DNA of 64,000 nt from Candidatus Altiarchaeota archaeon (GTDB lineage Archaea; Altiarchaeota; Altiarchaeia; IMC4; QMZM01): contig JAWAEV010000001.1 in the NCBI GenBank assembly GCA_038891095.1, positions 132,468 to 196,467 of the forward strand, written 5' to 3'. A model generated the notes under the pieces. That model did not search any database. It was not told the origin of the DNA and worked only from the letters and a program-made list of their open reading frames with translations. The first letter of the stretch is position 1; each line of letters starts with the position of its first letter. Position numbers and translations under genes: made by a program. Shown in pieces: positions 27,494 through 37,518 of this stretch.

Positions 27494-28774
27494 TTAGATA
27501 ACTTTTTCCCATTTTTTTAGTTCTTGAACTTCTGAAAGTGTCTCTCCTCTGTGGATTTCTTCTCTAATTCTATTCTCTTTTTCATAAATATCTAAGGCTC
27601 TATTTGCGATCTCAATTGCTTTTTCCTTTGGAATTACAATAACTCCATCGCTATCAGCAACAATATAGTCCTGAGGCCTAATCAAAACTCCTGAAATTTT
27701 TATTGGAATGTTTATCTCACCAAAACCTTTGGGTTCGCCAGCATTTGAACAGACTAACTTAGAAAATGCATTAAATTTAATTTTCTTTATCTCTTCTAAA
27801 TCACGAATAGCTCCCCAAACTACAACACCTGCAATTCCCTTTCTCTTTGCTGAGTGAGAAGCTAATTCGCCCCAAACTGCAGGACCAACACCACCAGCAT
27901 CTATAACAATTACATCTCCTTTTTTTGCAATTTCTAAAGCCTCTACAGGCTTAGCCCAATCTCCAGGATAAGTTCTCACTGTAATAGCCCTACCAACAAT
28001 TTTCTTTCCAGAGCAAAGTTTTATTTCTTCAAGACTTGATGTTCTGTGCATAGCATCTGAAATGTTCGGTGTTGAGACTATTTTGAAAACTTCTAAAGGA
28101 TTGAGATATTTCTTGTAGAGCTTTGTTTTAATTTCTTTCCTTAGCATAATGGCTCTCTTTATTTTCTTTGTTTCAATAGTGGCATTTTCTGACTTTGTTA
28201 TTGCTCCGCCAACAATTATTATAGATGCTCCTGCTTTTACTGCTTTTGCAGCTGTTTCAGAATTTATGCCACCTGCAATCGCTAAAGGAATCTTTACCTT
28301 ACGAGAAATTTTTTTTAATTCTTCTATTGGATCTAAACCAAGCATTTGCTGGTCTATACCTAAATGAATACAAATATAGTCAACACCCAAATTTTCAATT
28401 TCTATTGCTCTTTTTTCTATGTTAGGAACATTCAACAGATCTACCATAATTTCACACCCATAATTTTTTCCTGCTTCTACAGCTTCCTTTATTGTTGAGT
28501 TATCTGCAACTCCAAGAATTATAGCTATGTTAGCTCCTGCCTTTGCAGCAGCTTCGACCTCATATCTACCAGTATCCATAACTTTTAAGTCTGCAACAAT
28601 TTTTTTATTTGGAAATTTTTTCTTTAACTCTCTCACTGAATTTAAACCTTCGGATTTTATTAGAGGTGTTCCAGCTTCTAACCAATCAGCTCCACCTTTA
28701 ACTGCTTCCTCTGCTACTTTCAAAGCCCTTTTCAATTCAACAAAATCTAATGCTATTTGGAGCACTGGTTTCAT
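27494..28774 (-). CDS. hps: 3-hexulose-6-phosphate synthase fused to RraA-like domain
   Basis: LQIALD, LEAGTPLIKSEG, ADLKVMDTG, HLGIDQQ; C-terminal STPNISDA, AVWGEL, GAIRD, ADSDGV. Confidence 0.9.
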   Translation of the reverse strand: MKPVLQIALDFVELKRALKVAEEAVKGGADWLEAGTPLIKSEGLNSVRELKKKFPNKKIVADLKVMDTGRYEVEAAAKAGANIAIILGVADNSTIKEAVEAGKNYGCEIMVDLLNVPNIEKRAIEIENLGVDYICIHLGIDQQMLGLDPIEELKKISRKVKIPLAIAGGINSETAAKAVKAGASIIIVGGAITKSENATIETKKIKRAIMLRKEIKTKLYKKYLNPLEVFKIVSTPNISDAMHRTSSLEEIKLCSGKKIVGRAITVRTYPGDWAKPVEALEIAKKGDVIVIDAGGVGPAVWGELASHSAKRKGIAGVVVWGAIRDLEEIKKIKFNAFSKLVCSNAGEPKGFGEINIPIKISGVLIRPQDYIVADSDGVIVIPKEKAIEIANRALDIYEKENRIREEIHRGETLSEVQELKKWEKVI

Positions 28775-29031
28775 TTTTTATATCTAAGCATATATTTTTG
28801 AAAAATTGAAGTGTCAATTGATAGAAAAAAGGCAAAAGCAGGAACTATTGAATTTAACCATGGATTTGAAACATTTATCGCACTTAAATAAAAACCAATT
28901 GAGATATATGTAAAGAAAATTAATAAAATCTTCCTTGTGTAACTTGTTTCCCACGCATTATCAGCTTCAACCTTTCTATTTCTCTCCTCTATATTTCTAA
29001 TCCTTTTCTCTATGTCTTCTAAATTAGCCAT
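28771..29031 (-). CDS. Small conserved membrane protein, possibly frameshifted near C-terminus
   Basis: IEERNRKVEADNAWETSYTR...NPWLNSIVP; the family-like tail LTLQFFKNI lies in another frame after ~28818. Confidence 0.6.
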   Translation of the reverse strand: MANLEDIEKRIRNIEERNRKVEADNAWETSYTRKILLIFFTYISIGFYLSAINVSNPWLNSIVPAFAFFLSIDTSIFQKYMLRYKK

Positions 29032-29114
29032 TTAAGGACTGTATTAACAAATAGTTGATAAAATTAATAATATAAGTTTATTTCTTTTTATTAGATAAAA
29101 CAAAGCTTAGAAAT

Positions 29115-29522
29115 CTAAAAACTACACTCCAAGGAGCAACCATCTAAGAAAGTTGTTGGGTCTAATATTTGAGTGGCAGAAACGCCAGTAACAACCCACT
29201 CAACAAGAAAAGCAGAGATTATGACAATTACTAAGCCTACAATAGCATGTATTATACTACTCTTCGCAGAACCTCTTGCTGATGCATCATCACCGGAAGC
29301 AATCCATTTTATGCCTGCAATGATAATAACTAATGCAGCAACTGCTGTTGATATATAATAAAAAAAATTGAAAAGTCTACAAAAAATGCAGGAAAAGATG
29401 GCTGGCACTCGCACAGCATCATAGGCTTGAGCAGAAACACTTTGTATGAATGTGATAGAAATAAGCAATGCTATAAGAAAAATTTGGGCATTATTCAAAT
29501 TTTTTTTCATTGTTTTGTTCAT
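29115..29522 (-). CDS. TrbC/VirB2-like pilin
   Basis: Signal peptide ending VSAQ; IIIAGIKWIASGDDASARGSAKSSIIHAIVGLVI two-helix pilin motif. Confidence 0.75.
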   Translation of the reverse strand: MNKTMKKNLNNAQIFLIALLISITFIQSVSAQAYDAVRVPAIFSCIFCRLFNFFYYISTAVAALVIIIAGIKWIASGDDASARGSAKSSIIHAIVGLVIVIISAFLVEWVVTGVSATQILDPTTFLDGCSLECSF

Positions 29523-29584
29523 TGTGATTATTTTATTTAAGTATATATGTATATTCTTAGATTGCAGCATTAAAAATTACAAAG

Positions 29585-30856
29585 ATGGGAATTTTCAATG
29601 GATTTTTTGGTAAGAAAGACAAGGAAGAAAAAGTAAGAAGAGAAAATTTGACCTTATCTGAAATTCCGATATTCTTAGAAAAAAAGCAAAGAGAAAGGAG
29701 CAGGGAGAAATATAAAATTGCAAAGCCAATTGTGGATAAAATTTCTTTAGCTTTAAAAGACATAAAAAAAATTGCTGAGGAAATTAACAAAAAGGAAATT
29801 CCTAAAGAAATACCAGAACGGGAAAGAAAAGTTATCGCGATATCAAAACCAATTTTTGTTAAGGAGATTCTTGAAAGTGTCACTATTAACTGTAATACTA
29901 ACGAAATTGATAAATTTAAAAAAGAGGTAGATATTTGTGTTGATAGACTTGGGAAACTACTTTTTAGTAAAGGGAGATACTTGCCAATAGCATTTTCCGA
30001 CGAAATTGAAAAAATTGGTAAAAAAGCAAAGGAAATTTTAGAGTATAGTGCAAAATTATCAAATGTCTTAGGCAAAAATGATGAAAACCAAATTAATGAG
30101 ATAATGGGTTACTACACAAAAATCAAAAAATTTCTTGATGATATTGAAGAAATGAAGCAAAGGAGGAAAAATCTAAGAGAAGAAATTGAGAGGATGACTA
30201 AGAAAAAGGAGACTCTTGAGAAAAATTTAAATGAGATTGAAAGCGGTAATGAATTTTTAGAATTTTTAAGGAAGAATGAAGAGATGCAGAAAATTAACTC
30301 TGAGATTGAAGGTATTAGAAGTAAAATTTCTGAGAGCCTAACTTCGTTGAAAAGGCCATTAAAAAAATTTAAAAGATTTTTGGCTGAAAGAATAGCTTCT
30401 GATAAGATTGATTCCTATATCGAAAATCCTGTTGATGCTTTTATTCTTGATGAAAATTTTGAAATTTTTCAAATTCTGAAAAGTTTAAAAGATGAAATTT
30501 CTGCAGGAAAATTCATTCTAAAACAACAAGAAAAAAGAAAGATTTTTATTGCTTATGATAACATTTATGAACTGAAAAATTTAAGAGCCATATTCAAAGA
30601 AAAAATTTCAGATCTAAAAACAATTAAAGATGAGATTGAAAGTTCTGAGATAATAAGAAGAAGGAATGACATAACAAAAGAAATAGAACTAATAAACAAG
30701 AATATTGAATCTTATGAGCAGGATATAACAAAATGCAATGAGAGGATTTCAGAACTCAAAAAGCAAATTTTACAGGAAAAGAAAAATCTTGAATATAAGT
30801 TATGGGCTTTAAGCAAAAATGAAAAAAAGGAATTTTCAATACTCATAGATTTTTAG
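29585..30856 (+). CDS. Long coiled-coil hypothetical protein
   Basis: 423 aa, K/E-rich heptads, amphipathic MGIFNGFFGK N-terminus; no catalytic motif. Confidence 0.7.
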   Translation: MGIFNGFFGKKDKEEKVRRENLTLSEIPIFLEKKQRERSREKYKIAKPIVDKISLALKDIKKIAEEINKKEIPKEIPERERKVIAISKPIFVKEILESVTINCNTNEIDKFKKEVDICVDRLGKLLFSKGRYLPIAFSDEIEKIGKKAKEILEYSAKLSNVLGKNDENQINEIMGYYTKIKKFLDDIEEMKQRRKNLREEIERMTKKKETLEKNLNEIESGNEFLEFLRKNEEMQKINSEIEGIRSKISESLTSLKRPLKKFKRFLAERIASDKIDSYIENPVDAFILDENFEIFQILKSLKDEISAGKFILKQQEKRKIFIAYDNIYELKNLRAIFKEKISDLKTIKDEIESSEIIRRRNDITKEIELINKNIESYEQDITKCNERISELKKQILQEKKNLEYKLWALSKNEKKEFSILIDF

Positions 30857-31735
30857 ATTTAACTCCTTTGCAATTTCTAAAGCTTCATTAAATTCCTCAA
30901 ATGATAACTTCCTTGAAATTTCTTTTATAGAAAAAGCCTTATATTCCGGTCTATATTGATCCATTAAATTAAGCCTGAAATTTTTCATATTTTTTGAAAG
31001 CCACTCAAGTATTGGCTTAGTGCAACATTCAATATGTCCTGGCAAAACTAAATGCCTTACTATAACTTCTCCTTGCTTTTCTGCTATAAGATGATTTCTT
31101 TTAACTATAGCTGTGTAATTTTTAACATTTGATAGTTTCTTAGCACAAGAATCATTACCATATTTAAAATCTGTTAGGTAAATGTCAATAATTCCATCAA
31201 GTAAACTCATTGCTTCTAAGCTAAGATACATATTTGAATTCCATATTTGTGCAATGTTTGAATTTAAATTTTTTAAAATTTTCAAAACTCTTAAGATATA
31301 AGCTAAGTTAGGAGTTGGTTCGCCACCAACCCAATTTACATTTTTTGCGCCTTCCATTGCTCTTTTAGCTATCATTCTTGCGATTATTTCCTCTTTTATC
31401 GTAGCTCCAGAATCAGGAAATTGCGAGATATCCCAATTTTGGCAGAATATACAAGAAAAATTACAACCAGAGAAAAAAATTGTATATGAAGGAATTAACT
31501 CTTGTTCTTCACCAAAATGTAAAAACTCGGATGCAATTTTTGCTTCTAAAACTTTGCAATAACCTTTTTCTTTTCTAAAGCGATTAATTTTGCATTTTCT
31601 TTCACAAAGTTCACAATCTTCAATAATTTTTTCAGCTTTTTCTATTTTCTCATCTAAATTTTCACAAGAAAGAAATTTTGCCTTTTCTTCTCCTTTAAGA
31701 ATTTTGAAGTATCTTGCTAATGGTTCATCATTCAT
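30836..31735 (-). CDS. Radical SAM protein, PflX family
   Basis: CELCERKC, HFGEE, GCNFSCIFCQNWDISQ, GGEPT, DFKYGND, RHLVLPGH. Confidence 0.92.
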   Translation of the reverse strand: MNDEPLARYFKILKGEEKAKFLSCENLDEKIEKAEKIIEDCELCERKCKINRFRKEKGYCKVLEAKIASEFLHFGEEQELIPSYTIFFSGCNFSCIFCQNWDISQFPDSGATIKEEIIARMIAKRAMEGAKNVNWVGGEPTPNLAYILRVLKILKNLNSNIAQIWNSNMYLSLEAMSLLDGIIDIYLTDFKYGNDSCAKKLSNVKNYTAIVKRNHLIAEKQGEVIVRHLVLPGHIECCTKPILEWLSKNMKNFRLNLMDQYRPEYKAFSIKEISRKLSFEEFNEALEIAKELNLKIYEY

Positions 31736-31790
31736 CTTCTCTTTTAGTAATTAGTGTAATTTAAACATAGAAATGAAAGTATAAGATAAA

Positions 31791-32558
31791 ATGGATGAGA
31801 TTGAAGTAAAAATTATAGAAAGACCAAAGCTAAAGAAATCAATTTTGATTGAGGGGCTTCCTGGAATTGGATTGGTTGGAAAACTTGCTGTGCAACATAT
31901 GCTTGATGAACTAAAAGCTAAGAAATTTGTAGAGATATACTCCTCATATCTACCGCCACAGGTTTTTGTTCAGAAAGAAGGGACAATAAAACTTGTAAAT
32001 ATGGAATTGTACTATTGGAAAAATAAAAAGAAGGATTTAATACTTCTCATTGGTGATTTCCAAGGCATAACTCCAAGATCTCAATATTTATTATCTGACA
32101 AAATAATTGAAATTTGTAAAGAATTTGACCTTGAGAAAATTTTTACATTAGGCGGATTAGGCACAGGAAACATGGTTAAAACCCCAAGAGTTTTTGGAGC
32201 AGCAACAAACAAAAAATTAGTTGATGATCTAAAGAAGTATGGTGTTGTTTTCAGAGGCGGTGGTGCTATTTTTGGTGCAGCAGGTTTACTTATTGGCTTG
32301 GGTATGCAAAAAGGCTATGAAGGCATATGCTTAATGGGTGAAACTCATGGTCAAATAATTGATGCGAAGGCAGCAGAAGCAGTTCTTAATGTTTTGACAA
32401 AAATTTTAGATATTAAAATTGATATGACAAAACTCGCTAACAAGGCAAAAGAAACTGAAGAGCAAATAGATAAACTGCAAAGGATGATATCTGAGGAAGA
32501 AACCGCAGAAAAAATCAATGAAAAATTCATGAGAGAGACACCGACATATATAAGGTAA
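31791..32558 (+). CDS. PAC2-family proteasome assembly chaperone homolog
   Basis: IEGLPGIGLVGKLA, TLGG, CLMGET, C-terminal YIR. Confidence 0.9.
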   Translation: MDEIEVKIIERPKLKKSILIEGLPGIGLVGKLAVQHMLDELKAKKFVEIYSSYLPPQVFVQKEGTIKLVNMELYYWKNKKKDLILLIGDFQGITPRSQYLLSDKIIEICKEFDLEKIFTLGGLGTGNMVKTPRVFGAATNKKLVDDLKKYGVVFRGGGAIFGAAGLLIGLGMQKGYEGICLMGETHGQIIDAKAAEAVLNVLTKILDIKIDMTKLANKAKETEEQIDKLQRMISEEETAEKINEKFMRETPTYIR

Positions 32559-32562
32559 TAAA

Positions 32563-33786
32563 ATGCAATTTAACATTGATTTTCATATTCATTCAAAGTA
32601 CTCTGGAGCTTCTTCAGTTGATATGGAACTGCCTGTAATAGCAAAACAGGCGGAAATTAAAGGCTTAGATGTTGTTGCCACTGGCGATTCATTAAATCCT
32701 AAATGGCTTAATCACATAAAGGAGAATTTACATGAAGAACACGAAGGTATTTATGGAATAAAAAATTCAAAGACAAAGTTTCTCATAACAACGGAGGTTG
32801 AAGATTCAAAGAGAGTTCACCATATTATTCTCTTTCCTGAAGTTAGCTCAGCAGAAGCTTTATTTGAAAAATTAAAAAGACATTCAATTGATATTGAAAA
32901 AGATGGCAGGCCACACTTGAAAGTTGATGCTATTGAGTTGGTTGATCTCGTTAGAGAAGTTTCAGCACTCATAGGACCAGCGCATGCATTCACACCATGG
33001 ACAGCGATTTACAAAGAATATAACTCATTGCAAGAATGCTACAAAGATAATTCAAGGGAAATTAAATTTTTAGAGTTAGGACTTTCTGCTGATACTTATC
33101 TTGCTGATAGAATTCCCGAGCTACAAGAAGTTACATTCATGTCAAATTCAGATACACACTCGCCTTGGCCTCACCGCTTAGGGAGAGAATTCAATAGAAT
33201 TGAAATTCCTGAATTAAAATTTTCAGAGATAAAAAAGGCCATATGTCATGAACAAGGTAGAAAATTTTCTTTGAATGTAGGTCTTAACCCGAAGGAAGGA
33301 AAATATCATTTGACTGCTTGCACAAAATGTTTTTTAAGATTTAAAATAGAGGATGCAAAAAATTTAAAATTCAAATGCCCTGAATGTAATGGAACAATAA
33401 AAAAAGGTGTTCTTGATAGAATAGAGGAATTAGCAAAGTTTAAAGAGCCAAAACATCCATGGCATAGACCTAAATATTTACACATAATTCCTTTAGCTGA
33501 AGTGATAGCATTAGCCCTTAACATAAGAGCTCTGCCAAATAAGAAAGTTAACGAACATTATAATGGCCTTGTAAAAAAATTTGGCACAGAGATAAATGTT
33601 TTAATAGACGCCAATATTGAAGATATAGAAAAATTTAACAAAGAAATTGCAAGTATAATAGAAAAATTTCGCAATGGGAAAATTCTTTACATTCCTGGTG
33701 GTGGTGGCCAGTATGGTAGACCTACATTAAAAGAAGAAAAACCAATGTTTTGGAACTATGGGCAGAAAAAATTACAAGATTATTAA
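32563..33786 (+). CDS. Endonuclease Q-like PHP-domain protein (TIGR00375 family)
   Basis: DFHIHSKYS, PAHAFTPW, ELGLSAD, SNSDTHS, GKYHLTACTKC...CPEC, PGGGGQYG. Confidence 0.9.
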   Translation: MQFNIDFHIHSKYSGASSVDMELPVIAKQAEIKGLDVVATGDSLNPKWLNHIKENLHEEHEGIYGIKNSKTKFLITTEVEDSKRVHHIILFPEVSSAEALFEKLKRHSIDIEKDGRPHLKVDAIELVDLVREVSALIGPAHAFTPWTAIYKEYNSLQECYKDNSREIKFLELGLSADTYLADRIPELQEVTFMSNSDTHSPWPHRLGREFNRIEIPELKFSEIKKAICHEQGRKFSLNVGLNPKEGKYHLTACTKCFLRFKIEDAKNLKFKCPECNGTIKKGVLDRIEELAKFKEPKHPWHRPKYLHIIPLAEVIALALNIRALPNKKVNEHYNGLVKKFGTEINVLIDANIEDIEKFNKEIASIIEKFRNGKILYIPGGGGQYGRPTLKEEKPMFWNYGQKKLQDY

Positions 33787-34460
33787 AAATCTGCAATCTT
33801 TTTCTGTTTTTTTGCCTCAATTTCTCTTGTTATAGTCCTCCAAGACTTTCTTAAGTAGCATGGCAACTTCTCCTCAGAGAAAATTTTCTCAAGAAATTTT
33901 TTAGTTTTCTCATCTGAGGGATATCCTGAACCACAATCTATGCTAAATTTTTCTTTCAAATTTTCAATTTCCCTATCGCGCTCAACTTTTGCAAGTATTG
34001 ACGCAGCAGAAACTTCAATATAACGAGCATCTGCCTTGTTCTCAGAAATAATTTCAGGAATTTTTCCATTCTCAAAGTAATGTGAGGTTATATAACTTTT
34101 AACTTTCTCTCTAAAATTTTCCTCTATACTATCAGGTGAATCTAAAATTACTCTATCAGGTTTTGATTTTAATGAAAGTATTAACTCAGCTATGTGCACT
34201 GCTTCAACTAAATTCAATGAAAATTTTTTCCTTAATTTGTCAATATCCTGAGGGTAGATCTTCACTAAGTTAAACTCGATTGCAATTTCTTTAATTTTCT
34301 TTTCAAGCTCTTCTCTTTTTTTCTTTGAAAGTTTTTTTGAATCTCTAACATTAATTTTTCGCAGTTCTTCTCTACCTTTTTTATCAAAAACTGCAGCTGC
34401 GATAACCATTGGTCCAACAACAGGACCACGCCCAGCTTCATCAATGCCACATATTTTCAA
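33783..34460 (-). CDS. rnhB: Ribonuclease HII
   Basis: GIDEAGRGPVVGP, DSKKL, SAASILAKVERD, GSGYPSD; C-terminal PIP-box-like QKKIADF. Confidence 0.96.
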   Translation of the reverse strand: MKICGIDEAGRGPVVGPMVIAAAVFDKKGREELRKINVRDSKKLSKKKREELEKKIKEIAIEFNLVKIYPQDIDKLRKKFSLNLVEAVHIAELILSLKSKPDRVILDSPDSIEENFREKVKSYITSHYFENGKIPEIISENKADARYIEVSAASILAKVERDREIENLKEKFSIDCGSGYPSDEKTKKFLEKIFSEEKLPCYLRKSWRTITREIEAKKQKKIADF

Positions 34461-34466
34461 TTTAAT

Positions 34467-35930
34467 TCAATAAAATTTCAAAGTTCTTTCTCTGAGCCAT
34501 TTAATATCAGAAATGTAGATATCACGAATATCCTCCATATTCAATGAAAGCATGATAAGTCTTTCTAAACCTAACCCCCATGCTAAAACTGGGCAGTCAA
34601 AACCAAGCAATGCATTAACCATTTCAGGCCTGAAAATTCCAGCACCTCCAAGTTCAATCCACTCTTTTTTATTTTCAAGGTAAATCTCACATTCTAAACT
34701 TGGTTCTGTGTAAGGAAAGTATCCTGGCCTAAATCTAACCTTAAATCCAAGCTCATCATAAAATCTCTTTAGTATTCCTAAAAGATTTCTGAAATTTGCA
34801 TTTTCGTCAACTATAATGCCATCAACTTGATAAAATTCTGGCAAATGCTTATAATCCAAAGCTTCATTTCTGAAAGTTTTACCTATGCAGAAAACCTTTT
34901 TTGGTAGATCCTCCCTTCTCAAAGTTGACAGATAATGGGCAGTAACTGAAGTTGTGTGTGTTCTGAGTAAAGTCTTCTTTGCAATTTCCTCATTCCAAGA
35001 ATATTTCCAGCTTTTTTCATGGGCGTCTCTTACAGCATTCTTCAATTTATCCCAAAAATCTATCTTAATTTCCTTTGGTGTTTTTAGATAGAATGTATCT
35101 TGCATCTCCCTTGCAGGATGATCCTGCGGTTGAAATAACGCGTCAAAATTCCAGAACGCACTCTCAACCAGGCTCCCAGAAATTTCATTAAAGCCAAGAG
35201 TTATAAAAATTTCTCTGATTTTTTCTATCATCAAAGTTAATGGATGTTTTTTTGCAGGATATTCTGGAAAAACAAAAATATTTACATCATATTCGCGAAA
35301 TTTTTCACCTTTCCATCTACCTGTTTTTAGTAATTCAGGGGTTAATTGCGAAATTCCAAATGAAAACTCTTTCTCTGAAAGTTCAAGTCCTTTTTTTGTC
35401 GGTATTGCATAGAGAATTCTTCTTTCAGAAATTTTTATAATATCCTGTCTTTTCTTTAGAAATTCAACAGCTTGCTTAAGCTCATCATTAAGCTCTTCAA
35501 ATTTCAGGATTTTTTTCTTTTCAAGTAATTCTAAAAGTTTTTCATCTGATGTTTTCTCACTACTTATGATCTTAATAATTCCATTTTCTATTTTCGCAAG
35601 ATTTTTTCTCTTTAGCCAAGAAATTCCTATAGAGGTAATTTCTTTGCCAAATTTCTTTTCAACTTCAGATATTTTCTTATTATTTTTAACAAACTCAATA
35701 ATCTGTCTCTCTGGCAAGCCTTTTTTAAGGTAAATTTTTCCTTCATCTGCAATTGAGATTTCCTTTTGAATCTTTTCTTCTAATTGCACTAAATCCTTTG
35801 AGAATAACCATGATAAAGCGCGCATTACAGCATCCACTGGAATTTCTGCTCTTTCTGAAATTTCTTTTGGTGTTAGCCTTCCTTTCAAAACAGAAAGGAT
35901 TTTTATTTCATGAGGATGCAAATTTTCCAT
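34467..35930 (-). CDS. pheS: Phenylalanine--tRNA ligase alpha subunit
   Basis: WNFDALFQPQDHPAREMQDTFY, LRTHTT, YFPYTEPS, WGLGLERL. Confidence 0.97.
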   Translation of the reverse strand: MENLHPHEIKILSVLKGRLTPKEISERAEIPVDAVMRALSWLFSKDLVQLEEKIQKEISIADEGKIYLKKGLPERQIIEFVKNNKKISEVEKKFGKEITSIGISWLKRKNLAKIENGIIKIISSEKTSDEKLLELLEKKKILKFEELNDELKQAVEFLKKRQDIIKISERRILYAIPTKKGLELSEKEFSFGISQLTPELLKTGRWKGEKFREYDVNIFVFPEYPAKKHPLTLMIEKIREIFITLGFNEISGSLVESAFWNFDALFQPQDHPAREMQDTFYLKTPKEIKIDFWDKLKNAVRDAHEKSWKYSWNEEIAKKTLLRTHTTSVTAHYLSTLRREDLPKKVFCIGKTFRNEALDYKHLPEFYQVDGIIVDENANFRNLLGILKRFYDELGFKVRFRPGYFPYTEPSLECEIYLENKKEWIELGGAGIFRPEMVNALLGFDCPVLAWGLGLERLIMLSLNMEDIRDIYISDIKWLRERTLKFY

Positions 35931-35970
35931 TTTGGATATAAAAATCTATGAATTTAAAGATATAAACAAT

Positions 35971-36582
35971 ATGAATGTGAACGAAGTTAAATTTTACAAA
36001 ATTAAAAATGAAATAAGAATTTTAGGCATAGACGATGCTCCATTTAACTTTAGAGAAAAGAAAACTATGTTAATAGGCACAATTTTTCGTGGTGGTAGTT
36101 GGCTTGATGGTATTTTGAAAACTGAAATTGAAGTAGATGGTATAAACGCAACAAAAAAAATTATCTCTATGGTAAAAAAAACAAAGCACAAAGATCTGAG
36201 AGTTATAATGCTTGATGGTTTAACTTTTGCTGGTTTTAACATTGTTGACATTGAAGAGATTTTCAAAAAAACAAAATTGCCAGTAATTGTCATAATAAGG
36301 AAAATGCCCGATTTTAAAAAGATAAAAATAGCGTTAAAAAAAATGAACGATAAGGAGAATTATTTTTTCAGGCTAAAATGCATTGAAAAGGCATCTATCC
36401 CAAGAAAAATTGAAATTCGTAAAGGAAAAAATATCTATATCCAATATTATGGAATAAATTTTTCTGATGCTAAAAAAATTGTCAGGTTATCAGCAACAAG
36501 AAGTTTAATTCCTGAGCCGTTAAGAGTTGCACATTTAATTGCAACTGGTATTTCCTTAGGTGAATCAAGAGGTAGAGCCTAA
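35971..36582 (+). CDS. DUF99 family (endonuclease V-like) protein
   Basis: ILGIDDAPF, VDGINAT, MLDGLTFAGFNIVD, PEPLRVAHLIA. Confidence 0.92.
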   Translation: MNVNEVKFYKIKNEIRILGIDDAPFNFREKKTMLIGTIFRGGSWLDGILKTEIEVDGINATKKIISMVKKTKHKDLRVIMLDGLTFAGFNIVDIEEIFKKTKLPVIVIIRKMPDFKKIKIALKKMNDKENYFFRLKCIEKASIPRKIEIRKGKNIYIQYYGINFSDAKKIVRLSATRSLIPEPLRVAHLIATGISLGESRGRA

Positions 36583-37268
36583 CTAAACTTTTTCTTTATA
36601 ATAAAACTCAAAACAAAGAGGATTATAGAAAATGCTATTAATAAAATTCCAAAGTCATTTACAGGTTGAAAAATATCGCTTAGAATTTTCATGAACATAT
36701 CGGAACTAATTGGGAGATTTTTTAAATTCTCAGTTATCTGAAATTTCTCAGATAACATTGAAAAAACCATTGGTTTTAAAATTAATGCTGAACTCCCAGT
36801 GATAAAAAAGGCAATTCCGATTTTTAGAAGAATTTTTTCAATTTTCCTTGAGATATAAACAAGGATTAAAGCAAAGAGAATTGCTCCAAAAATTGAAGCA
36901 TAAAAAAGTGTATTGACAAAGCCAACAGATTTTCTTAACTCAAATGCTGCCTTTTCAATTTCAGCCCTCTTCTCTAAATCTAAATTTTCCAAAATATCTT
37001 GTTCTTTGCCGTTATAATAAATTTTTAGTGATAATTCAGAAGTTTGTGAGTTTATATAAGATAAAAAATTCTTTATAATTAAGTACAGGACTTCTTTCTC
37101 TTCAGAAGTTTTAAAAAAATTACTCTCATCTAATTCCTTAATATAAAATTCAGGATTTAATACTGTTGACCTGATAGCATTCAAAAAAATAATTGTCTGT
37201 AAATTTAAGATAAGCAGTAGAGAAACAAAAGCTATTAAAATGCCATTCAAAATTTTTTTTATTTCCAT
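36579..37268 (-). CDS. Hypothetical membrane protein
   Basis: Four hydrophobic segments; no family recognised. Confidence 0.65.
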   Translation of the reverse strand: MEIKKILNGILIAFVSLLLILNLQTIIFLNAIRSTVLNPEFYIKELDESNFFKTSEEKEVLYLIIKNFLSYINSQTSELSLKIYYNGKEQDILENLDLEKRAEIEKAAFELRKSVGFVNTLFYASIFGAILFALILVYISRKIEKILLKIGIAFFITGSSALILKPMVFSMLSEKFQITENLKNLPISSDMFMKILSDIFQPVNDFGILLIAFSIILFVLSFIIKKKFS

Positions 37269-37269
37269 T

Positions 37270-37518
37270 TTATTCAACAAATTCAAATTCCAAATTCAAT
37301 TTTTTTGCAGCATTTTGCAAAAAATTTTTTAATGTATCAATATTATCTTTTGCGACTAATACATTATTAAAATAGTGGAATTTATATTTCTTTTGCTCTT
37401 CAATTTCAGTTACTTGAAAAATTGCTATTATATAAGCAGGATGTGGGAATTCAACCCTTGCATTTGGACCATATTCACCTTTTCTAATACCGAATTTTAC
37501 TTTAACTTTTCTAAGCAT
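37270..37518 (-). CDS. Hypothetical protein
   Basis: Tightly packed ORF between apgM and the membrane protein on the same strand. Confidence 0.55.
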   Translation of the reverse strand: MLRKVKVKFGIRKGEYGPNARVEFPHPAYIIAIFQVTEIEEQKKYKFHYFNNVLVAKDNIDTLKNFLQNAAKKLNLEFEFVE

